Source: an uncultured Christensenella sp. (GTDB lineage Bacteria; Bacillota; Clostridia; Christensenellales; UBA3700). From it: DNA of 64,000 nucleotides. The translations under genes and the position numbers were made by a program. Positions 12,539 through 20,575 of the stretch are shown one piece after another. The stretch's first letter is position 1. Each line of letters opens with the position of its first letter. The notes beneath the pieces are model-generated. The model was not told where the DNA came from. It did no database searches and saw only the letters and a program-made list of their open reading frames with translations. Location: contig CASDWJ010000019.1 of assembly GCA_949284695.1 (NCBI GenBank), positions 279-64,278 on the forward strand. Reading direction: 5' to 3'.

Positions 12539-12539
12539 G

Positions 12540-14126
12540 TCAGTCCTCCTCGGCAAAATATTCTATGACTTTCTTCTTCTTTTCGGGTTTATTGTCGCCG
12601 TGCTTTGTGAACAGCATGGTGAAGAACGCGACCGCGATACAGCACACGCCGTATACGAATATCATGCTCTCGCCGCCCTCGGGGACCGCGTCGAGGATGA
12701 GACCCGCGAAGAACGGAGTTATCGCCTGCGCCGTCATGGAAGCGACGTAATAATACCCCGTATACTGCCCGACGTTACTGCCTTTTGCGAGTTCCGTCAC
12801 CATAGGGAGAGTATTGACGTTGATTATGACGAGACCGAAGCCCGCTATCAGGAAGCACGCGGTAAACGCGACCTTGAGCAGCACCGCGTTGCTGTCAAAA
12901 CTGCCGTCGTTGAGGAATATACACGGCACGAAAGCCGCGACAGCTATCACAACGCCGATGAGTATAGTCTTTTTTCTGCCGAGTTTGCCCGCCATGAGCG
13001 CGACGGGAAGAAGCGCGATCGCGCCGCCCGCGCCGTTGAGTATATTGATTATACCTACGAAACTGTCCTCCATCTTGAGCACGTTGGTAGCATAGGTGGA
13101 AAGGTGCGTCTTTATCGCATTCCAGCCCATAAACCACATGAAAACGGTGCCGAGTATCAGCACGAAAGAAACTATTTTTTCTTTGGGAAGTCTGGAATAT
13201 GTCGCGACTTCTTCTTCGTCGACGACGTTCCACTTCTTTTCTTCTTCGAGCCTCTCTGCGACGAACTTGTTCTCTCTGACGGTACAGAGGAAAGCGATCA
13301 GCATAACTATCATGACGCCCGCCAAAGTAAAGAACAGCGCGAGATGAGACTGATATCTCTCTTTTGCCAGAAGCGTGTACAGGATTATCGAAGCGAGACC
13401 GCCTGCTCCGCCCATAAACGTGATTATCGCGTTGGCCTGCGAACGCAGCGGCTTGGGAGTCACATCAGGCATAAGCGCGATTGCGGGAGATCTGAAAGAC
13501 GACATCGAGACCAGCACGCCGAGAAGCGCGACGATAAAGCAAATAAATATCGCGGGCTGAGTCTTGGTAACGCTTGCCGCCAATGCTTCCTGCGCCGAAT
13601 AGAACGACGAAAGGAAGTTGTTGAATGCAACGAGGCTGTCGCCCGAAAGCACGTCCGACGCCTTGTCTATGCCGCCCGCCGCGCTGACCTGTTGCCAGAG
13701 CTGCTGTATTTCTCCGCTCCATGCGTCGCCGCTCAGGAATCCCTTGTCGACGAGTACCTGCGGGTCGGTTATGCTTGCCGCCATCACGTTTTCGTACTGG
13801 ACGTTCTCGATGATTATCATCACGACCATAAAGACGACCGCAAACAAAGTGCCTATCACGATAAAAGTCGTGCGCCTGCCGTACTTAGCCTTAGTATATT
13901 TATCAGAAAGATGCCCGAAAAACGGAAGCAGGAAGATCGCGAGCAGGTTGTCAAGTCCCATGACGAGACCGTACTGCGTCGCGTTGAGACCGAACATGCG
14001 GTTGAGGATGAGCGGCATAATGTAGTCGTAAACTTCCCAGAAGCACATTATCCCCATAAACGCAAAGCCGACGAACAGAGTGCGTTTTACGTTGAGAGAC
14101 ATGACCGAATCGTTTTTTTGTTTCAT
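12540..14126 (-). CDS. MFS transporter (SLC45/sugar-glycoside type)
   Basis: About 12 TM segments; GHLSDK...YGRR, ALMPDVTP and GQYTGYYY motifs; ~80-aa extracellular insertion after TM3. Confidence 0.88.
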   Translation of the reverse strand: MKQKNDSVMSLNVKRTLFVGFAFMGIMCFWEVYDYIMPLILNRMFGLNATQYGLVMGLDNLLAIFLLPFFGHLSDKYTKAKYGRRTTFIVIGTLFAVVFMVVMIIIENVQYENVMAASITDPQVLVDKGFLSGDAWSGEIQQLWQQVSAAGGIDKASDVLSGDSLVAFNNFLSSFYSAQEALAASVTKTQPAIFICFIVALLGVLVSMSSFRSPAIALMPDVTPKPLRSQANAIITFMGGAGGLASIILYTLLAKERYQSHLALFFTLAGVMIVMLIAFLCTVRENKFVAERLEEEKKWNVVDEEEVATYSRLPKEKIVSFVLILGTVFMWFMGWNAIKTHLSTYATNVLKMEDSFVGIINILNGAGGAIALLPVALMAGKLGRKKTILIGVVIAVAAFVPCIFLNDGSFDSNAVLLKVAFTACFLIAGFGLVIINVNTLPMVTELAKGSNVGQYTGYYYVASMTAQAITPFFAGLILDAVPEGGESMIFVYGVCCIAVAFFTMLFTKHGDNKPEKKKKVIEYFAEED

Positions 14127-14195
14127 AATTTCTCCTTGATATCAATATGATACTGTCTGCGCGCGTGCGCGCTCTATAATAACACCTCAGTTTTC

Positions 14196-14224
14196 AGTAT
14201 ATCAGTAAAGAGCGGATTTTTCAA
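14196..14224 (-). promoter_or_regulatory. sigmaA promoter of the MFS operon
   Basis: Minus strand TTGAAA-N17-TATACT with TG extension. Confidence 0.55.
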
Positions 14225-14541
14225 TAGAAATAGTTCATTTTCCTGCGCGCGGCACAACAAAACGCGCCTCTTTTGTAATAATATGCAGAACGGACGGCAA
14301 AACGCGCAAAGACAGAAGTATCATATAGCCGCCGCTCGTTACACGCATGTCGCCTTATCGGCGCGAACGCGCTGACAAAGTCGTCTTTTTTTCATTTCAA
14401 AACTCTCCGATACCGCAGGACGGTTTCACTTTTCTTTCCTTTTCCTATCCTCTGTCCGCGCGGCTTTTCCGCCTCTCTCCGACAGCATAATTTTATCCCC
14501 GCCCGATCGTGAAAAAAACCTTAAAAACTATATGCAAACGC

Positions 14542-14570
14542 TTGACAAAACCATGCATAATTTCTATAAT
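14542..14570 (+). promoter_or_regulatory. consensus sigmaA promoter of puuR-potABCD
   Basis: Perfect TTGACA (14542-14547), N17, TATAAT (14565-14570). Confidence 0.85.
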
Positions 14571-14668
14571 CGTCTTGTTTAATAAAAATAAACTCGCTGT
14601 TTATTATGTCAGATTATAAAATACGTCGGGTTTAACAATACTAAACACAAAACAGGAGGCAAATCAGA

Positions 14669-15202
14669 ATGGATATCGGCGGCAAACTCAAAGCGATGCG
14701 CCTGCAATGCGGTCTGACGCAAGAAGAACTCGCCGACCGCTGCGAGCTGACCAAGGGCTATATTTCACAGCTTGAAAACAACCTGACCAGCCCGTCGATT
14801 GCGACGCTGATAGACATACTGACCGCGCTCGGAAGCAACCTCAAGAGTTTCTTCAGCGAGGACACCGAGGAGCAGATAGTCTTTGGCGAAGGAGACTTCT
14901 TCGTCAAGGAGTCGGACGGTCAGTCGATCACCTGGCTCGTACCCAACAGTCAGAAAAACGAGATGGAGCCGATCCTCATGCGCCTCGACCCGCATACGCA
15001 GTCGACAGAAGATATGCCGCACGAGGGCGAGGAGTTCGGATATCTGCTCAAAGGGAGCGCTTTGCTTCACATAGGCAAGCAGATATACAAGCTCAAGCAG
15101 GGCGACTCGTTTTATTTTACGGCACACAAAAGGCATTACGTCGAAAACGTTTCTGACGAAATAAGCGAACTTCTCTGGGTCAGCAGCCCTCCGACGTTCT
15201 GA
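14669..15202 (+). CDS. XRE-cupin transcriptional regulator (PuuR-like)
   Basis: N-terminal HTH (LTQEELADRCELTKGYISQLEN..SPS) and C-terminal cupin (HEGEEFGY...GDSFYF...H); typical partner of potABCD in Firmicutes. Confidence 0.92.
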   Translation: MDIGGKLKAMRLQCGLTQEELADRCELTKGYISQLENNLTSPSIATLIDILTALGSNLKSFFSEDTEEQIVFGEGDFFVKESDGQSITWLVPNSQKNEMEPILMRLDPHTQSTEDMPHEGEEFGYLLKGSALLHIGKQIYKLKQGDSFYFTAHKRHYVENVSDEISELLWVSSPPTF

Positions 15203-15220
15203 TATACGGGAGATAAGACA

Positions 15221-16867
15221 ATGGAAGATAACAAGAACAAAACTCAAGCCGAATACATCATCGAGCTTAACGGACTTACCAAGATCTACGACGGTAAGAC
15301 CGTAGTCGACCATATCGACCTCAAGATCAAGCGCGGCGAATTCGTCACTCTGCTCGGACCCAGCGGTTGCGGCAAGACGACCACGCTCAGAATGATCGCG
15401 GGTTTTGAAAAGCCCGAAGAAGGCTCTATCACGCTCGAGGGCAAGGACATCGCCGATCTGCCCCCTTACAAGCGTCCCGTCAACACCGTTTTCCAGAAAT
15501 ACGCGCTCTTTCCTCACCTGAACGTGTACAAGAACATCGCGTTCGGTCTCAAGCAGAAGAAAGTCGAAGTCACCAAAAAGAACATATTCGGCAAGACGAT
15601 CACCAGACTCGTCAACATGAAGTATATGCCCGTTGAACAGAAAGTCGTCAAAAAGGACGGCACAGAGGTCGTCAAGACCGTGCCTTTCTGCCGCTCCTAT
15701 CAGATGATGACCGTCTCAACGAGAAAGGGAGTCAAGAAGATCAAGAAGGTCAACCTGTACAAGAAATTCATAGACGACAAGGTCAAACACGCGCTCAAGA
15801 TCGTCGGACTTTCCGGCTACGAGGACAGAGACGTAAACAGCCTTTCGGGCGGTCAGCAACAGAGAGTCGCGATCGCGCGCGCTATCGTCAACGAGCCTCA
15901 GATACTTCTCCTCGACGAGCCGCTCGGCGCTCTCGACCTCAAGATGAGACAGGAAATGCAACTTGAACTCAAGGCTATGCACAAGAGACTGGGCATCACG
16001 TTCATCTACGTCACTCACGACCAGGAAGAAGCTCTCACGATGAGCGACACGATAGTCGTCATGAAAGACGGCGTGATCTGTCAGGAAGGCACCCCGATCG
16101 AGATATACAACGAGCCGCAGAGCGCGTACGTCGCAGACTTTATCGGCGAATCCAACATTCTCGACGGCGTTATGCCCGAGGACAAGAAGGTCGTTTTCGC
16201 TGGCGCGGAATTCGAGTGCGTCGACACAGGTTTTGAGCCGGGCGAAGAAGTCGACGTCGTCGTACGCCCCGAGGACTGGGTCATCAAGCGCGAAGGCAAC
16301 GGCATCCTCAGCGGCGAGATCACGGGCTGTATGTTCCGCGGCGTGCACTACGAGATGACCTGCATGGCGGGCGGTTACGAGCTCATACTCCACAATACCG
16401 TAGAGTACAAGCCCGGCAGAAAGATAGGTCTTTACGTCGATCCCGAGAATATTCAGATCATGAAAAAGCGCTTCGTTACCAACGCTTTCGATTGCGAACT
16501 GCTCTCCAACACGACCCTTTCCCTGCTGGGCGCGACTTACGAATACGATCCCGCGACCCTCTTTGAAAACTGCGAGTACGACGCGGAAAACGACGTCGTG
16601 AAGATCGACGGCGCAGAGACAGAACTCAAAGGCAAGACCGTGCGCGTAGCCGTGGACTTCGACAAGATCGACCTCACCGACAGCGAGGAAGAAGCTCCTC
16701 TCGCCGGCAACGTCGAGAGCATGATCTACAAAGGCAAGAACTATATCGTCGACGTCAAGACGGACGACAATAATCATATCTATGCGGATACCGAATATCT
16801 GTGGGACAAGTACGACAGAGTCGGCATCGCGATCGACAAGAAAGACTTCAGACTTGTAAAGGAGTGA
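15221..16867 (+). CDS. potA: spermidine/putrescine ABC transporter ATPase
   Basis: [49 protein letters not shown]; extended TOBE-like C-terminus. Confidence 0.95.
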   Translation: MEDNKNKTQAEYIIELNGLTKIYDGKTVVDHIDLKIKRGEFVTLLGPSGCGKTTTLRMIAGFEKPEEGSITLEGKDIADLPPYKRPVNTVFQKYALFPHLNVYKNIAFGLKQKKVEVTKKNIFGKTITRLVNMKYMPVEQKVVKKDGTEVVKTVPFCRSYQMMTVSTRKGVKKIKKVNLYKKFIDDKVKHALKIVGLSGYEDRDVNSLSGGQQQRVAIARAIVNEPQILLLDEPLGALDLKMRQEMQLELKAMHKRLGITFIYVTHDQEEALTMSDTIVVMKDGVICQEGTPIEIYNEPQSAYVADFIGESNILDGVMPEDKKVVFAGAEFECVDTGFEPGEEVDVVVRPEDWVIKREGNGILSGEITGCMFRGVHYEMTCMAGGYELILHNTVEYKPGRKIGLYVDPENIQIMKKRFVTNAFDCELLSNTTLSLLGATYEYDPATLFENCEYDAENDVVKIDGAETELKGKTVRVAVDFDKIDLTDSEEEAPLAGNVESMIYKGKNYIVDVKTDDNNHIYADTEYLWDKYDRVGIAIDKKDFRLVKE

Positions 16868-16871
16868 GACT

Positions 16872-17693
16872 ATGAAGAAACCCGCTTCAAAGTTTGCCGG
16901 CTTCACGAGGAAATACGCCGCGCTTCCATACGGCGTGTTTATGGCGGTATTCGTCGTATTCCCTCTCGTGGTCCTGCTTCTCTACTCTTTCTGTGAAAAA
17001 TCGGTCGACGGCTCGCTGTCCTTCAAGTTCACGCTGGACAACTTCAAGAGCGTGTTCTCTGAGGACAACTTCTCGATGCTGATAAATTCTCTGCTTGTCG
17101 GACTGTATACGACGGGGATATGCCTGCTGATCGGATACCCGATAGCGTATCTGCTCGCCAACAGGAATTACAACCGTTCGACGGTGCTCGTAATGCTGTT
17201 TATGCTTCCTATGTGGGTCAACTTCCTGCTCAGGACGCTCGCGACCAAGGCTATGCTTGAGTTCTTCGGCATATCTATGGGCATGGGCACGGTCATCTTC
17301 GGCATGGTCTACAACTTCCTGCCGTTTATGATAATGCCGATATATACGACGATACAGAAGATAGACTACTCTCTGATAGAGGGCGCCGCAGACCTCGGCG
17401 CTTCGGCGAGAGTCACTTTCTGGAAGGTCACCGTGCCGCTCTCTCTGCCCGGAGTGCTCAGCGGCGTGACGATGGTATTTACCCCGACGATCACCACCTT
17501 CGCGATCTCCAAAATGCTGTCCAACAGCAAGATATCCTTGATCGGCGACTATATCGAACAGCAGGTCAAGATACTCAACTACAACGTCGCGAGCGCGATC
17601 TCGTTCGTGATAATAATAATCGTCGGCGTTTCGATGATTGTGCTCAACAAGTACGATAAAGACAACTCGAGTCAGGGAGGCGGATTATGGTAA
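16872..17693 (+). CDS. potB: spermidine/putrescine ABC permease
   Basis: LPMWVNFLLRT, YNFLPFMIMPIY and EAA-loop EGAADLGAS. Confidence 0.93.
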   Translation: MKKPASKFAGFTRKYAALPYGVFMAVFVVFPLVVLLLYSFCEKSVDGSLSFKFTLDNFKSVFSEDNFSMLINSLLVGLYTTGICLLIGYPIAYLLANRNYNRSTVLVMLFMLPMWVNFLLRTLATKAMLEFFGISMGMGTVIFGMVYNFLPFMIMPIYTTIQKIDYSLIEGAADLGASARVTFWKVTVPLSLPGVLSGVTMVFTPTITTFAISKMLSNSKISLIGDYIEQQVKILNYNVASAISFVIIIIVGVSMIVLNKYDKDNSSQGGGLW

Positions 17694-18547
17694 AAAAGAT
17701 AATGGCAAAGACCTTCCTCGGCGTAGTGCTCGCCGCGCTGTATCTGCCCATACTCTGGCTGATAGTGTTCTCGTTCACGGATACGACGAGTATCGCCTCC
17801 TGGAGAGGATTTTCGTTCAACGCATATATAGAGCTTTTCACCGGCTCCAACAGCGACGACATCTTCAAAGCGATAATCAACACGCTTATCATTGCGGTCT
17901 GCGCCAGCGCGATCTCGACCGTGCTCGGCACACTCGCGGCGATAGGTATCAACAGCGTAAGAAGCAAAAAGATCAAGTTCGCTTACAAGCAAGCCAACCA
18001 GATCCCGATGGTCAACAGCGAGATAGTCACCGCGGTATCCCTGATGCTTCTGTTCGGTATGCTGCGCTCTTTCATCGTGCTTGAAGGCGAAGTCCAGCTG
18101 ATAAACGTTATCATAGCACATACGACGTTCTGCACTCCTTACGTGCTTCTCAACGTCCTGCCTCGTCTGCAACAGTCTGACAACAAGATTTACGAGGCGG
18201 CTATGGACCTCGGCTGTACGCCCACTCAGGCGCTGTGGAAAGTCGTGATACCCGACATCCTCCCCGGCATAATAATGGGCTTCATCATGTCGGTCACGCT
18301 GTCTATCGACGACTTCGTGATCACCCAGTTCACTCTGGACGGCGGAATATACACGCTCAGCACGCTGATATATTCCAAGGCGAGCGGCAAAAAGCCTCTG
18401 CCGATAGAAATGCGTGCGCTCAGCGCGATCATATTCATAGTCATCGCGGCTCTCCTGCTGTACGCAAACCACAAATCCACCGCCGATCAAAAAAAGAAAA
18501 CAACAAACACGGGCGCCAAAAAAAGCCCGAAGAGGAGTAAAATATGA
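17687..18547 (+). CDS. potC: spermidine/putrescine ABC permease
   Basis: LYLPI..LIVFSF, YEAAMDLG and SIDDFVIT motifs. Confidence 0.93.
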   Translation: MVKKIMAKTFLGVVLAALYLPILWLIVFSFTDTTSIASWRGFSFNAYIELFTGSNSDDIFKAIINTLIIAVCASAISTVLGTLAAIGINSVRSKKIKFAYKQANQIPMVNSEIVTAVSLMLLFGMLRSFIVLEGEVQLINVIIAHTTFCTPYVLLNVLPRLQQSDNKIYEAAMDLGCTPTQALWKVVIPDILPGIIMGFIMSVTLSIDDFVITQFTLDGGIYTLSTLIYSKASGKKPLPIEMRALSAIIFIVIAALLLYANHKSTADQKKKTTNTGAKKSPKRSKI

Positions 18548-19800
18548 AAAAAAGAATATTGATTTTGTTTCTCATTGTCGCAATCGCAGGCCTCAGCCTG
18601 CTCCCCCTTCTGACAGGCTGTACCCCGAGAGAAGAAGTTCTCAAGGTCTACAACTGGGACGAGTATATCGACGAGAGCATATTCGAGGAGTTTGAGGAGT
18701 ATTATGCCGCAGTTACCGGCAAGACGATCAAAGTCCAGTACGATACCTTCGTCGACAACGAGACCATGTATCAGAAGGTCGTGGGCAAAAAGGTCGATTA
18801 CGACGTCATCTGCCCTTCTGACTACATGATCGAGAAGATGAAGACCAACGGCTATCTCGTAGAGCTCACCAAAGACCTCGGCAACGACGTCAACGGTCAG
18901 CCCATTGAAGATTACCGCACGGGCGCGGCGTCCTTCCTCTCCGACGGCACCACGTTCAAGTACGACGTCGGCAACGTATATTCCTATCCCTATATGTGGG
19001 GTACGATGGGCATCCTTTACAACACCGACAAGGTCGATTACGCAGACCTCGAAAGCAAAGGCTGGGGCATCCTCTGGGACAGCAAGTACAGCGGCAAGAT
19101 CGACATGAAGGACAGCGTCAGAGACAGCTATGCGATCGCTTCTCTCTACACCTTCAAGAACCCCGCTTCCAAATACTACGACGCGGATATGACCCTCGAC
19201 AGAGCCGTCAACGCTACCGAAGCCGCTGACCGCGAAAAGGTCAAGGAAATGCTCATCGCTCAGAAGCCGCTCCTTTATAGCTACGAGGCTGACCAGGGCA
19301 AACAGACCGTCGCCGACGGCATCTACACCTATATGACCCTGCAGTGGTCGGGCGACGCGGTATATGCCCGCGACGAGCTAGCTTATGACGACAACGGCGA
19401 TCTCGTCACCTCTCTCGACTACTATATCCCCGCAGAAGGCACCAACCTCTGGTGCGACGGCTGGTGCATCCCCAAGTACGCCGTGAACACCGAGGCGGCA
19501 AACCTGTTCATCAACTTCCTCTGCCGTCCCGACATCTCTATCAAGAACATGGAGTTCATCGGTTACACTTCGGCGATAGCTACTCCCGAGATACTCGAGT
19601 GGATAGAGGAAAACTACTCGGCTGACGAGTACGAACCCGTTGACCTCAGCTACTTCTTCGGCGAAGAATACACCGCGGTCCCCGTAGACATCGTTCAGTA
19701 TCCCAGCGCGGCGATCATCGCCAACAGCGCGGTAATGAGAGACTACGGCGACAACCAGGAGCTTATGCTCGACCTGTGGACGTCTGTCAAGAACAGCTGA
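18544..19800 (+). CDS. potD: spermidine/putrescine ABC substrate-binding lipoprotein
   Basis: Lipobox LTGC; VYNWDEYID, YDVICPSDYMI, PYMWGTMGILYN and PAEGTNLWCD motifs. Confidence 0.93.
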   Translation: MKKRILILFLIVAIAGLSLLPLLTGCTPREEVLKVYNWDEYIDESIFEEFEEYYAAVTGKTIKVQYDTFVDNETMYQKVVGKKVDYDVICPSDYMIEKMKTNGYLVELTKDLGNDVNGQPIEDYRTGAASFLSDGTTFKYDVGNVYSYPYMWGTMGILYNTDKVDYADLESKGWGILWDSKYSGKIDMKDSVRDSYAIASLYTFKNPASKYYDADMTLDRAVNATEAADREKVKEMLIAQKPLLYSYEADQGKQTVADGIYTYMTLQWSGDAVYARDELAYDDNGDLVTSLDYYIPAEGTNLWCDGWCIPKYAVNTEAANLFINFLCRPDISIKNMEFIGYTSAIATPEILEWIEENYSADEYEPVDLSYFFGEEYTAVPVDIVQYPSAAIIANSAVMRDYGDNQELMLDLWTSVKNS

Positions 19801-19821
19801 CGAAGCGCAGAATAAAATACG

Positions 19822-19850
19822 ACCTACCCTGCAAAGGGTAGGTTTTTTTT
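19822..19850 (+). terminator. intrinsic terminator after potD
   Basis: ACCTACCCT-gcaa-AGGGTAGGT followed by a T run. Confidence 0.88.
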
Positions 19851-20530
19851 GTCAGAAAGAAGTGTACGTTTGTCGCGTTTTAACGCGCGCGCCGCGTACT
19901 TTCCGTCGCGAGCCGCCGGACAACGAGCCTTCCGACTTCTGACGGTATGATCACAAGCAGCAACAACGGGCGTGTCGGAGACGAAAAAGCCGCCGCGGTA
20001 TATTGAGCGCCCGCAAAAGCCGATGCTCAGACCTATGTTTCTCAAGCGCGAGCCGTGCAACATACACGCATTTTTTCTTTGCGAGCGCGACTCTAAGACG
20101 ACTCAGATCGCCGATCTGCCGCATGTTTTACCGCCACGGGTTTTGCCGCCTGCGATTTGTCGTCGATAGCGCGCTATGCAAAAACCCGTCTGCTCGCGTT
20201 CAAAGAGATTCCTTTTACCAGCGACGGCGCTTTTCGTGCCGCCCGCCCTTTCCGCTTGCGCCTACGACTATATCGTTTTCCTCTCTCCCGTTTTGTGCGC
20301 CGCGTTGTTCCGCTCGAGACGACGAATCATGCTTCTTCACGCGCTCCGGCTTTGTATACATCGTTGTTCCGTTTGTTACGAAAAAAGCCGCGAGACCAAC
20401 TCATGTTCCCGCTTTGTGCGCCCGCATTGTTCCCGTTCCGTCTCCCGCTTGTCATGCATAATAAATATCTCTCACGTTCCTCCAGCGGGCGTGACGGCAG
20501 GATCGCCAGAACCTACGTCAACGGTATAAT

Positions 20531-20561
20531 AAACGACCGCGCTTGCCGCGCGGTCGCGTTT
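20531..20561 (-). terminator. probable terminator of the 905-aa lipoprotein gene
   Basis: CGACCGCGC-ttgcc-GCGCGGTCG hairpin ~15 nt past the stop, with an A run on the plus-strand 5' side. Confidence 0.6.
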
Positions 20562-20575
20562 GTTAAAACCTGTCG

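Noticed and set aside
14183-14195. 13-nt match (CACCTCAGTTTTC) to the reverse complement of the 173-bp repeat
   Set aside because: Too short to separate from chance, with no flanking similarity.
15563-15765. Intein in PotA
   Set aside because: No N-terminal Cys/Ser block or C-terminal His-Asn, and too short; treated as a plain insertion.
20287-20434. Possible degenerate CRISPR (about 26-nt unit, ~60-nt period)
   Set aside because: Only three poorly matching units, the intervals share sequence, and there is no leader or cas gene.
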